From: Macrostomum lignano
Taxonomy: Eukaryota
Direction: 5' to 3'
DNA length: 64,000 nt
Assembly: GCA_002269645.1 (NCBI GenBank)
Contig: NIVC01000991.1
Coordinates: 1 to 64,000 of the forward strand
Shown here piece after piece: positions 44,770 to 57,692 of the stretch. Each line of letters starts with the position of its first letter. The stretch's first letter is position 1. Position numbers and translations under genes: made by a program. Below the pieces are notes generated by a model. The model had not been told where the DNA came from. It did not search any database and was given only the letters and a program-made list of their open reading frames with translations.

Positions 44770-45459
44770 CTATTATCTATTAGCTTTATTACCTTTAAAC
44801 CATTAGATGAATCAAAACCGTTTTTACGTAATCGAATTTTTGTTGATGTTAATGTTCGTTATTCACTGAATTGTTATGCGTTGCATTATTCGTGTATGAA
44901 TTTTTTCGGCTCTATTGCAGCCTCATGCAAGTGCATGTACCACAGTTCTGAGTCTCCTATTCAGGCACAATCCCTTAACTGGCCGTTCCTTTTCATCACC
45001 TACCCACATGTACCTAACCACCTACCTAACTACCTACCTACCTACTCATTGTACCAACCTGCTTACTCGTATCTTACAGATGCTCCAGTGCTTACATCTT
45101 TTCCTACTTGGAAATTGTCCCTTATAAGTCATGTAATTAGACTATTCCGGCTTCATTGGGAACAAGCTTACTTCGTACAAGCAATTTTTACAGTTTTGTT
45201 GAAAACTTCGACGGTAGTTTTATTATTAGCGAGCAATTAAAATTACAGGTATGACATATCTAAGCTAATAATTCTCATTTTTGCGTCATCTACTATTTGC
45301 AATATTCTTAGACACTGACCCGAAATCGGGCCATTCCCGTCGGGAACGGGTGTGCTGAGATGATGATTGATTTGCCATAGACTTTTACAAACGCGCAGCC
45401 GTTCGCTTCGGTGCTGGCGGGATGACCCGAAATCGGGCCATCCTCCCGCTCATGGTTAA
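43099..45459 (+). mobile_element. piggyBac (PGBD4-like) element, defective, left end not found
   Basis: Transposase fragments, right end TCCCGCTCATGG|TTAA (45455|45456-45459), and subterminal repeat TGACCCGAAATCGGGCCAT at 45316 and 45423. Confidence 0.8.
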
Positions 45460-46542
45460 GGACCCTTCACGCCAATTTATAACCCCGCAAAGTCCTCGCG
45501 ATGCTCGTGTGCAGATCCGCAGAACTTTTCGTCCAACTTTTGGCCCCTCCTAGTCAACTCTGAGGGCTACGGCGATTGCATCGAAGAGCGAATTGAAAAG
45601 CTCTGAGATTCTAAAATCCTTTTTAAAAGCTTGCGAGACTCCTTGCTGGTCATTTTGCTGCTGTTTTTTTAGAAGCGAACCTCAGTCATTTTTAGCTCCA
45701 CAATATTTCTCAGTAGCCGATATTTGTTGCTTTAATTTTGCTTTACCATTTTCTTTGAGCTCAACACTTTTCTCTAAACTCCAAAGGCAAGACGTGCAAA
45801 AGAGCCGACTGGAAAAAAGCCTAGCGGGTACCCGAAAAGGAAAAAGGGCCAAACAGCTTTTTTTCCAAAATCCACCTGTCGCCATGGCTATTCTTTTCGC
45901 TTATCCCACGGTTGGGATAATTTGCACAGTTTATCGATCCTGCTATCAAAGGCTTTACCTTTTGCTAGATATCCAATGGGAGATCTTCCCTGCGTAGGCA
46001 TCAAAGCCAAAGAAGACTTCTTATACAGGTCCAGCTGAGCAGGAAAACAACTTTTTGCAAAGAAAGAAGCATGCAGAAAAGCTGAAAAGAGGGCTAAGCT
46101 TTGGTCTTTGACGGCAGTTTGATAATTGCAGCAACCGTCAAGCAAACAGCCTTTGCCCAGGGGAGATCAGCTGGTGTGAGGGTAATGAAATAAGAAATAA
46201 TTTGCCATCGATAGATTTCCAACTAGTTTTCTATTCATCCGAAAATTGGGAAACCTTCCCCAAAAAAGGAAAAGCAGAAAGGAGAAAAGAGGGCCAGTGA
46301 AACTTGCAAAAGGAAAAACGGGCTGGATTGCAGGCAATTTCGCCAGCGCCTTCATTGTATTTGAGTTGTTAGCAAAACGAAACACATGTTGCCTATTGAG
46401 TGAAAATTGGCGAACATGAAAAGATGCTGGAATCTACAAAGATTCGGATGAGAGTAGTAGAGTGTTTATGATTCCGAGATGCAAAAACAACTTCCGGCCA
46501 TTTCCAGTTCTTGCCTACTTGTTACTTTTACTTCCAAAAGCG

Positions 46543-46722
46543 TTAGTCGCCTTTTCTTTCGCAGGCTGCACGCATGGTCAGTCGTCTTGTCTGGTAGGCG
46601 ACGCAGCACAGCAGCATCAAGACCGCCGCCACGGACAGGAAGACAACTGCGCCAAACAGAGCGAACTCTTCGGCCTCGTCCATCACGTCGTCGATGATAT
46701 GGTCGCTGGATTTGTCCGCCAT
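46543..46722 (-). CDS. Candidate 59-aa single-pass membrane micropeptide
   Basis: MADKSSDHIIDDVMDEAEE-FALFGAVVFLSVAAVLMLLCCVAY-QTRRLTMRAACERKGD: acidic N-terminus, TM helix, CC, basic tail; GC-rich island in AT-rich surroundings. Confidence 0.45.
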   Translation of the reverse strand: MADKSSDHIIDDVMDEAEEFALFGAVVFLSVAAVLMLLCCVAYQTRRLTMRAACERKGD

Positions 46723-47578
46723 GTCTGTTGGACTTCGAGGTGTAGCTGAATCAGAGAAATCGGCCCAGATTTGGAACAGGAGAAGGCGGCGGTCTGCGAG
46801 CATCTTTAGGGCCGTTTGTGCACACGCGGGCGGGGTTTGGAATCGAGCTGTGCTGCCCACTATGCACGTCTCTTCTCGCTCCGTCTCTCTCCCTCTCTCC
46901 TCAGGTTCCTTCCCCCAATTTGACCTACTCAATTCCCTCTCTATCTTCCCTATCGCAGTCGCTCCGTCTCTCCCCTCTCGCGCTTAGAGTTGTTAACCCG
47001 AGTACATTCAGTGGGTGGGTGTACATTTCAATCAGATAGCAATTTTTTACTTGCGTGCAGCGTCAGATGGTGCTGAATGTACGAGCTCTCCTATCATGTG
47101 ATTTATTAGTCAATGAAAGATTGTATGATACTCTACAGTGTGGTTTGTGTTTGATTTTCTTTGTCCATGCTAGACAAGCTTATTTTCATACTCTACTTAT
47201 TACAAACATTATGTTCTGCTACCAATACTCTGTCTATATCAAACTACGCTCGTACGTTTTGTAAAGGCAAATTGTGCTTATCTGTCGAACTTACAAAGCT
47301 ATTGAAAGCCAACTCCACAGCGTTTTAAACACTTACGCCTCTCTCTCTCTCTCTCTCTCTTCCACCTTGTTCGCACCTATCAATCATTCTGCATTGAGTG
47401 TGTGCCTTGCTATCAGTAGATAAAACTGACAATATTAACCTGATACGCTTAGCCTAAACACAATGGTCTTTTCTAAAACCAGCACCGAATTACGAGCTAT
47501 AGTGTTAACTTGATGTTTCGCGCGCTTTCAGTTCTACTTAGTTTAGTAGAAAGTAGAGGATACTTTTCTGTATTTTAC

Positions 47579-47935
47579 AAAACGTTAGCCCAGTGGTCCA
47601 GCGCGGCGCTCCGATGTGCCAGGGGCCCAGGCTCGATTCCAAGTGCAGTCACATTAATTTTATGGGCTGAATTGGAATCTCGGCTTGGCTCTACTCGTGC
47701 AATTAACGGCCTTGAGGGCCAACCCCCAAGGCACAGTGAAGTGTACATGCCTAACGATAGATAAAGTTAGGGTCGCTGTATAGTCCTATGTGAGTGTGTG
47801 CCTGCGTACGTATCCGCGCGCTTGTATGCCTGCCCAGGGGAGTCGGCGGAATGGGCAGCAATGTCTCTCGCCGGTTGTGCGACAATGTCGCTTAAAGTGC
47901 GCCAGGGTGCACACAGCCCCCTGTGAAGAATAAGA
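47579..47935 (+). mobile_element. tRNA-derived SINE-like element
   Basis: A box TAGCCCAGTGG (47586) and B-box-like GGCTCGATTCC (47630), GC-rich body, A-rich end; does not fold as a full tRNA. Confidence 0.5.
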
Positions 47936-48420
47936 AAAGGTTAGCTCATCCATCGATAGTTTCGATCGGGTTTAAAATTTCAATTCGAAATCAAATTCTG
48001 CGGACGGAGACTGTCGGCTGGCCATCTGAGCAAATATTGAAACACGGAGAGAAGGAAGTGAAGGAAGTGAGGATGGATGAAAACGCGTCCGAGGCAGCGG
48101 AGAGTAGGCGAAATGCAAATATGGCTTCCAACTGATGAAGATGGTGAGTCGCGTATTCTCGATGCGACTGGTATAATACTAAACTATATGGCAAATTATA
48201 TAGTTTGCTCCGGAGAGCTGCATGAGAAATGAGGGGCTTCGATGCCGTTTCTCTCTCGTCTCTAACTCTCTCTCTCTCCCTTGGTCCTCCAGGGAGAGAG
48301 AGACGAACCAAAAATGAAGATTGAGAGAGATCGTAAATTTCTCGAACTCTGGGCAGGGCTCGGGCGCAGCAGTTCCTTGCTCTGTGCGTGCTGGAGAGAC
48401 TGCGCCAGCTCACCCTTCCT

Positions 48421-48423
<3 letters not shown>

Positions 48424-48453
<30 letters not shown>
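48424..48453. repeat. (CT)n microsatellite
   Basis: Direct inspection; a shorter (CT)n run lies at ~47339-47360. Confidence 0.9.
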
Positions 48454-48457
<4 letters not shown>

Positions 48458-48650
48458 CCCTCTCGCCACCGAAACCCGATTGCTTCTTTATGGATTTCTC
48501 TTCCCAGGGGGTCCGGGACCACTGGGAGTTAACAACTGGATTAGAGGTATAATCAATGTCCATGTGGCTTATGAGAGTTTTCATTTTTTAAGTTTTAATA
48601 CCATCAAGAACTATTATCTTACAACTGCTTCTTCTTCACAACCTTGATCC

Positions 48651-51600
48651 TTGTGTGCAAAAGTGATTTTTTTGGGTGCTAAAATGATTGTCTTGTGTGC
48701 TAAAATGATTGTCGTGTGTGCTAAAATGACTGTCTTGTGTGCTAAAATGATTGTCTTGTGTGCTAAAATGATTGTCGTGTGTGCTAAAATGACTGTCTTG
48801 TGTGCTAAAATGATTGTCTTGTGTGCTAAAATGACTGTCTTGCGTGCTAAAATAATTGTCTTGTGTGCTAAAATGTGTGCAGTGTGTGCTAAAATGTGTG
48901 CAGTGTGTGCTAAAATGTGTGCAGTGTGTGCTAAAATGTGTGCAGTGTGTGCTAAAATGTGTGCAGTGTGTGCTAAAATGTGTGCAGTGTGTGCTAAAAT
49001 GATTGTCTTGTGTGCTAAAATGATTGTCGTGTGTGCTAAAATGATTGTCTTGTGTGCTAAAATGATTGTCTTGTGTGCTAAAATGTGTGCAGTGTGTGCT
49101 AAAATGATTGTCGTGTGTGCTAAAATGATTGTCTTGTGTGCTAAAATGATTGTCGTGTGTGCTAAAATGATTGTCTTGTGTGCTAAAATGTGTGCAGTGT
49201 GTGCTAAAATGTGTGCAGTGTGTGCTAAAATGATTGTCGCGTTTGCTAAAATGTGTGCAGTGTGTGCTAAAATGTGTGCAGTGTGTGCTAAAATGATTGT
49301 CTTGTGTGCTAAAATGATTGTCGTGTGTGCTAAAATGATTGTCTTGTGTGCTAAAATGATTGTCGTGTGTGCTAAAATGATTGTCTTGTGTGCTAAAATG
49401 TGTGCAGTGTGTGCTAAAATGATTGTCGTGTGTGCTAAAATGATTGTCTTGTGTGCTAAAATGTGTGCAGTGTGTGCTAAAATGATTGTCTTGTGTGCTA
49501 AAATGTGTGCAGTGTGTGCTAAAATGATTGTCTTGTGTGCTAAAATGTGTGCAGTGTGTGCTAAAATGATTGTCTTGTGTGATAAAATGTGTGCAGTGTG
49601 TGCTAAAATAATTGTCGTGTGTGCTAAAATGATTGTCGTGTGTGCTAAAATGATTGTCTTGTGTGCTAAAATGTGTGCAGTGTGTGCTAAAATGATTGTC
49701 GTGTGTGCTAAAATGTGTGCAGTGTGTGCTAAAATGATTGTCTTGTGTGCTAAAATGATTGTCTTGTGTGCTAAAATGATTGTCTTGTGTGCTAAAATGT
49801 GTGCAGTGTGTGCTAAAATGATTGTCTTGTGTGCTAAAATGATTGTCTTGTGTGCTAAAATGATTGTCTTGTGTGCTAAAATGATTGTCTTGTGTGCTAA
49901 AATGATTGTCTTGTGTGCTAAAATGATTGTCGTGTGTGCTAAAATGATTGTCTTGTGTGCTAAAATGATTGTCGTGTGTGCTAAAATGATTGTCTTGTGT
50001 GCTAAAATGATTGTCGTGTGTGCTAAAATGATTGTCTTGTGTGCTAAAATGTGTGCAGTGTGTGCTAAAATGATTGTCGTGTGTGCTAAAATGATTGTCT
50101 TGTGTGCTAAAATGTGTGCAGTGTGTGCTAAAATGATTGTCTTGTGTGCTAAAATGTGTGCAGTGTGTGCTAAAATGATTGTCTTGTGTGCTAAAATGTG
50201 TGCAGTGTGTGCTAAAATGATTGTCGTGTGTGCTAAAATGTGTGCAGTGTGTGCTAAAATAATTGTCGTGTGTGCTAAAATGATTGTCGTGTGTGCTAAA
50301 ATGTGTGCAGTGTGTGCTAAAATAATTGTCTTGTGTGCTAAAATAATTTTCTTGTGTGCTAAAATGATTGTCTTGTGTGCTAAAATGATTGTCGTGTGTG
50401 CTAAAATGATTGTCTTGTGTGCTAAAATGATTGTCTTGTGTGCTAAAATGATTGTCTTGTGTGCTAAAATGTGTGCAGTGTGTGCTAAAATGATTGTCTT
50501 GTGTGCTAAAATGTGTGCAGTGTGTGCTAAAATAATTTTCGTGTGTGCTAAAATGATTGTCGTGTGTGCTAAAATGTGTGCAGTGTGTGCTAAAATGATT
50601 GTCTTGTGTGCTAAAATAATTTTCTTGTGTGCTAAAATGATTGTCTTGTGTGATAAAATGTGTGCAGTGTGTGCTAAAATGTGTGCAGTGTGTGCTAAAA
50701 TGATTGTCGTGTGTGCTAAAATGATTGTCTTGTGTGCTAAAATGTGTGCAGTGTGTGCTAAAATGATTGTCGTGTGTGCTAAAATGTGTGCAGTGTGTGC
50801 TAAAATGATTGTCTTGTGTGCTAAAATGATTGTCTTGTGTGCTAAAATGTGTGCAGTGTGTGCTAAAATGATTGTCGTGTGTGCTAAAATGATTGTCTTG
50901 TGTGCTAAAATGTGTGCAGTGTGTGCTAAAATGATTGTCTTGTGTGCTAAAATGATTGTCGTGTGTGCTAAAATGATTGTCTTGTGTGCTAAAATGATTG
51001 TCGTGTGTGCTAAAATGATTGTCTTGTGTGCTAAAATGTGTGCAGTGTGTGCTAAAATGATTGTCGTGTGTGCTAAAATGATTGTCTTGTGTGCTAAAAT
51101 GTGTGCAGTGTGTGCTAAAATGATTGTCTTGTGTGCTAAAATGTGTGCAGTGTGTGCTAAAATGATTGTCGTGTGTGCTAAAATGTGTGCAGTGTGTGCT
51201 AAAATAATTGTCGTGTGTGCTAAAATGATTGTCGTGTGTGCTAAAATGTGTGCAGTGTGCTAAAATGATTGTCGTGTGTGCTAAAATGTGTGCAGTGTGT
51301 GCTAAAATAATTTCTTGTGTGCTAAAATGATTGTCTTGTGTGCTAAAATGATTGTCGTGTGTGCTAAAATGATTGTCTTGTGTGCTAAAATGTGTGCAGT
51401 GTGTGCTAAAATGATTGTCTTGTGTGCTAAAATGTGTGCAGTGTGTGCTAAAATGATTGTCTTGTGTGCTAAAATGATTGTCTTGTGTGCTAAAATGATT
51501 GTCTTGTGTGCTAAAATGATTGTCTTGTGTGCTAAAATGATTGTCTTGTGTGCTAAAATGATTGTCTTGTGTGCTAAAATGATTGTCTTGTGTGCTAAAA

Positions 51601-54600
51601 TGATTGTCTTGTGTGCTAAAATGATTGTCTTGTGTGCTAAAATGATTGTCGTGTGTGCTAAAATGATTGTCTTGTGTGCTAAAATGATTGTCTTGTGTGC
51701 TAAAATGATTGTCTTGTGTGCTAAAATGATTGTCTTGTGTGCTAAAATGTGTGCAGTGTGTGCTAAAATGATTGTCTTGTGTGCTAAAATGATTGTCGTG
51801 TGTGCTAAAATGATTGTCTTGTGTGCTAAAATGATTGTCGTGTGTGCTAAAATGATTGTCTTGTGTGCTAAAATGTGTGCAGTGTGTGCTAAAATGATTG
51901 TCTTGTGTGCTAAAATGTGTGCAGTGTGTGCTAAAATGATTGTCGTGTGTGCTAAAATGTGTGCAGTGTGTGCTAAAATATTGTCGTGTGTGCTAAAATG
52001 ATTGTCGTGTGTGCTAAAATGTGTGCAGTGTGTGCTAAAATATTGTCTTGTGTGCTAAAATAATTTTCTTGTGTGCTAAAATGATTGTCTTGTGTGCTAA
52101 AATGATTGTCGTGTGTGCTAAAATGATTGTCTTGTGTGCTAAAATGATTGTCTTGTGTGCTAAAATGATTGTCTTGTGTGCTAAAATGATTGTCTTGTGT
52201 GCTAAAATGTGTGCAGTGTGTGCTAAAATAATTTTCGTGTGTGCTAAAATGATTGTCGTGTGTGCTAAAATGTGTGCAGTGTGTGCTAAAATGATTGTCT
52301 TGTGTGCTAAAATAATTTTCTTGTGTGCTAAAATGATTGTCTTGTGTGATAAAATGTGTGCAGTGTGTGCTAAAATGTGTGCAGTGTGTGCTAAAATGAT
52401 TGTCGTGTGTGCTAAAATGATTGTCTTGTGTGCTAAAATGTGTGCAGTGTGTGCTAAAATGATTGTCGTGTGTGCTAAAATGTGTGCAGTGTGTGCTAAA
52501 ATGATTGTCTTGTGTGCTAAAATGATTGTCTTGTGTGCTAAAATGTGTGCAGTGTGTGCTAAAATGATTGTCGTGTGTGCTAAAATGATTGTCTTGTGTG
52601 CTAAAATGTGTGCAGTGTGTGCTAAAATGATTGTCTTGTGTGCTAAAATGATTGTCGTGTGTGCTAAAATGATTGTCTTGTGTGCTAAAATGATTGTCGT
52701 GTGTGCTAAAATGATTGTCGTGTATGCTAAAATGTGTGCAGTGTGTGCTAAAATGATTGTCGTGTGTGCTAAAATGATTGTCTTGTGTGCTAAAATGTGT
52801 GCAGTGTGTGCTAAAATGATTGTCTTGTGTGCTAAAATGTGTGCAGTGTGTGCTAAAATGATTGTCTTGTGTGCTAAAATGTGTGCAGTGTGTGCTAAAA
52901 TAATTGTCGTGTGTGCTAAAATGATTGTCGTGTGTGCTAAAATGATTGTCTTGTGTGCTAAAATGATTGTCTTGTGTGCTAAAATGATTGTCTTGTGTGC
53001 TAAAATGATTGTCTTGTGTGCTAAAATGATTGTCTTGTGTGCTAAAATGATTGTCTTGTGTGCTAAAATGTGTGCAGTGTGTGCTAAAATGATTGTCTTG
53101 TGTGCTAAAATGTGTGCAGTGTGTGCTAAAATAATTGTCGTGTGTGCTAAAATGATTGTCGTGTGTGCTAAAATGTGTGCAGTATGTGCTAAAATGATTG
53201 TCGTGTGTGCTAAAATGTGTGCAGTGTGTGCTAAAATAATTTTCTTGTGTGCTAAAATGATTGTCTTGTGTGCTAAAATGATTGTCGTGTGTGCTAAAAT
53301 GATTGTCTTGTGTGCTAAAATGTGTGCAGTGTGTGCTAAAATGATTGTCTTGTGTGCTAAAATGTGTGCAGTGTGTGCTAAAATGATTGTCTTGTGTGCT
53401 AAAATGATTGTCTTGTGTGCTAAAATGATTGTCTTGTGTGCTAAAATGATTGTCTTGTGTGCTAAAATGATTGTCTTGTGTGCTAAAATGATTGTCGTGT
53501 GTGCTAAAATGATTGTCTTGTGTGCTAAAATGATTGTCTTGTGTGCTAAAATGTGTGCAGTGTGTGCTAAAATGATTATCTTGTGTGCTAAAATGTGTGC
53601 AGTGTGTGCTAAAATGATTGTCTTGTGTGCTAAAATGATTGTCTTGTGTGCTAAAATGATTGTCTTGTGTGCTAAAATAATTTTCTTGTGTGCTAAAATG
53701 ATTGTCTTGTGTGCTAAAATGATTGTCTTGTGTGCTAAAATGTGTGCAGTGTGTGCTAAAATGATTGTCTTGTGTGCTAAAATGTGTGCAGTGTGTGCTA
53801 AAATGATTGTCTTGTGTGCTAAAATGATTGTCTTGTGTGCTAAAATGATTGTCTTGTGTGCTAAAATGATTGTCGTGTGTGCTAAAATGATTGTCTTGTG
53901 TGCTAAAATGTGTGCAGTGTGTGCTAAAATGATTGTCTTGTGTGCTAAAATGTGTGCAGTGTGTGCTAAAATGATTGTCTTGTGTGCTAAAATGTGTGCA
54001 GTGTGTGCTAAAATGATTGTCTTGTGTGCTAAAATAATTTTCTTGTGTGCTAAAATGATTGTCTTGTGTGCTAAAATGATTGTCTTGTGTGCTAAAATGA
54101 TTGTCTTGTGTGCTAAAATGATTGTCTTGTGTGCTAAAATGTGTGCAGTGTGTGCTAAAATGATTGTCTTGTGTGCTAAAATGTGTGCAGTGTGTGCTAA
54201 AATGATTGTCTTGTGTGCTAAAATGTGTGCAGTGTGTGCTAAAATAATTGTCATGTGTGCTAAAATGATTGTCGTGTGTGCTAAAATGATTGTCGTGTGT
54301 GCTAAAATGATTGTCTTGTGTGCTAAAATGATTGTCTTGTGTGCTAAAATGATTGTCTTGTGTGCTAAAATGATTGTCGTGTGTGCTAAAATGATTGTCT
54401 TGTGTGCTAAAATGTGTGCAGTGTGTGCTAAAATGATTGTCTTGTGTGCTAAAATGTGTGCAGGGTGTGCTAAAATGATTGTCTTGTGTGCTAAAATGAT
54501 TGTCTTGTGTGCTAAAATGATTGTCTTGTGTGCTAAAATGATTGTCTTGTGTGCTAAAATGATTGGCTTGTGTGCTAAAATGTGTGCAGTGTGTGCTAAA

Positions 54601-55335
54601 ATGATTGTCTTGTGTGCTAAAATGTGTGCAGTGTGTGCTAAAATAATTTTCGTGTGTGCTAAAATGATTGTCGTGTGTGCTAAAATGTGTGCAGTGTGTG
54701 CTAAAATGATTGTCTTGTGTGCTAAAATAATTTTCTTGTGTGCTAAAATGATTGTCTTGTGTGCTAAAATGATTGTCTTGTGTGCTAAAATGTGTGCAGT
54801 GTGTGCTAAAATGATTGTCTTGTGTGCTAAAATGTGTGCAGTGTGTGCTAAAATGATTGTCTTGTGTGCTAAAATGTGTGCAGTGTGTGCTAAAATAATT
54901 TTCTTGTGTGCTAAAATGTGTGCAGTGTGTGCTAAAATAATTTTCGTGTGTGCTAAAATGATTGTCGTGTGTGCTAAAATGTGTGCAGTGTGTGCTAAAA
55001 TGATTGTCTTGTGTGCTAAAATAATTTTCTTGTATGCTAAAATGATTGTCGTGTGTGCTAAAATGATTGTCTTGTGTGCTAAAATGATTGTCTTGTGTGC
55101 TAAAATGATTGTCTTGTGTGCTAAAATGATTGTCTTGTGTGCTAAAATGTGTGCAGTGTGTGCTAAAAATGATTGTCTTGTGTGCTAAAATGATTGTCTT
55201 GTGTGCTAAAATGATTGTCTTGTGTGCTAAAATGATTGTCTTGTGTGCTAAAATGATTGTCTTGTGTGCTAAAATGATTGTTTTGTGTGCTAAAATGATT
55301 GTCGTAGGTGCTAAAATGATTTGTCGTAGGTGCTA
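48651..55335. repeat. 21-bp satellite array (~6.7 kb, roughly 318 units)
   Basis: Constant core TGTGCTAAAAT with interleaved variant halves GATTGTCTTG, GATTGTCGTG, GTGTGCAGTG, AATTTTCTTG. Confidence 0.98.
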
Positions 55336-56800
55336 TAAACGTGCATTTTATGTGCGTTGATGAGAATTTAATACCCGTCCAGATACAAACTCCAGAAATC
55401 CATGTTCGGTACGTATTCCAGCAATTCTTATCCACGACTTCCTTGATCTCTTTCTCCTTTCTCGTCAAATTTACAATCTACCCCGTGAGCCTTTTTCGAT
55501 CCCTCTCCCCTTCTCCTTTGGTCTGTCAGTCTGCATAATCCGATTTCACTTTCTTTGACTAAGCTACTCGTATGTAACGAACTGTAACCCCACTGCCCGC
55601 CTGTAGATCCTATTGCTCCCGAAGTTTCTCATAAACCTTTGATCTGTTGAGTCTGTCCGAACCTGTTAGACGTTAGATCGGTGTTACTGTTAGCCGGAAG
55701 CGGTTCTATGATCAAGGATTCATGGTCGCTAAAACTGAAACTCAACTCTCAATCAAAGCAGATGGGTAGCTCATAGTGTCAGTAGCGCTTTTCCAACAGC
55801 AGTTCTGCTTCTTCTAGAGGTAATTCTTTCCTCAGTTCTTTGATACTTATATAATTATAGTTGGTTTATTAAAATACCGCCACAGGAAGCCGCATGAAAG
55901 GCGCTTTGACTGTATGAGATTTCAGCTGGTGAGAGATCCCTGTCTCACAGCCTGGTGATGAAGCTTGAGATTGGGAAGTCCTGTGCAGCATCTGGCCGGC
56001 AAGAAGATTGAGTGAGGGGGGATCGCGGAAGAAGGGAGGCTCAAAGAGGAAGGAGGGAGAGGCACACGGGACGACCCCATTGCTGCTTCTAGCGGGAGCG
56101 CACAATTTTACTCTTTATCAGCTTCATCAAAGAGAGAACGGAGAGACTGCTCTCTTGTTAGGTTTCTGAACTCACGATGTTAAGAGCAATGAGCAATACA
56201 GAGATTTTCGCAGACGAGCAGCTTGAGGTAATCTGATACGGCTGTGCGCACAGAAAATCTAGTCAAAGGAATATTTGAGCAGTGCAGAATGAGCTTATGA
56301 CAGTTGTTTCTTGGAAAAGGGTTCAATAGTTACGCTTTAGAATATTATAATACTGTAGATCGTATTTTGGTAAATTCTAATTGAATTAGGTCCCAAGAAA
56401 ACTATCTGGAAAGTGGTTGATTTGAATGGCTGAATCTATGACTTGAATTTAAAGACACGGGTCCCGAACAAAAATTTAAAACTCATAAATATTTAATCCT
56501 GGTTTCTTTTGTGATTTTATTTCATTAAACCTTGATATCTGTACAACAAACAATAAGCGATGAAGAGGCATCATATGGTATATACTGCAGCGTGCACAAT
56601 GGAAATAGTGTACAAAACTACAAGTATTAGTACTTGACTTGATTAGTTTCTTTAATGGAATGGTTAAAAGCAGTTACATTAATTTGCTTTTATTCGTAGC
56701 TTTCAAACCGACAGAAGATGTTTTCGGCAATTTTAACCTGTGGCACATCTAAATGGCGCTTAGAAGTCCAAAGGGCACCAATATTATATCGGCCCTAAGT

Positions 56801-57620
56801 GTAGGGCACCATGACATACGAGGTACGTCTCTAGGGCACCACGACACACGAATCTAGGGCACCACGACACACGAATCTAGGGCACCACGACACACGTCTC
56901 TAGGGCATCACGACACACGAATCTAGGGCACCACGACACACGAATCTAGGGCACCACGACACACGTCTCTAGGGCACCATGACATACGTCTCTAGGGCAC
57001 CACGACATACGTCTCTAATGCACCATGACATACGTCTCTAGGGCACCACGACACACGAATCTAGGGCACCACGACGCACGTCTCTAGGGCTTCACGACAC
57101 ACGAATCTAGGGCACCACGACGCACGTCTCTAGGGCATCACGACACACGAATCTAGGGCACCAAGACACACGTCTCTAGGGCACCATGACATACCAGTAC
57201 GTCTCTAGGGCACCATAACATACGTCTCTAGAGCACCATGACATACGTTTCTAGGGCACTACGACATACGTCTCTAGGACACCATGACACACGAATCTAG
57301 GGCACCACGACGCACGTCTCTAGGGCTTCACGACACACGAATCTAGGGCACCACGACGCACGTCTCTAGGGTTTCACGACACACGAATCTAGGGCACCAA
57401 GAGCACCAAGACACACGTCTCTAGAGCACCATGACATACGTCTCTGGAGCACCATGACATACGTCTCTAGGGAATCACGACATACGTCTCTAGGGCACCA
57501 TGACATACGTCTCTAGGGCACCATGACATACGTCTCTAGAGCACCATGACATACGTCTCCAGAGCACCATGACATACGTCTCTAGAGCACCATGATATAC
57601 GTCTCTAGGGCACCAAGACA
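56801..57620. repeat. 23-bp minisatellite CTAGGGCACCA(C/T)GACA(C/T)ACG(AAT/TCT), ~35 copies
   Basis: Period 23 by inspection (56831, 56854...). Confidence 0.95.
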
Positions 57621-57692
57621 TCAGGGCAATCATTTTTACCTTACTAGAAGTAGTAAGGAATTAGTCAGCTTAAAAGCCAGTCATTGTCCACA

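Noticed and set aside
48651-55188. Very long ORFs (870, 739, 1046 aa; CAKMIVL/ILAHKT repeats)
   Set aside because: Products of a stop-free 21-bp satellite on both strands; frame-breaking indels occur freely.
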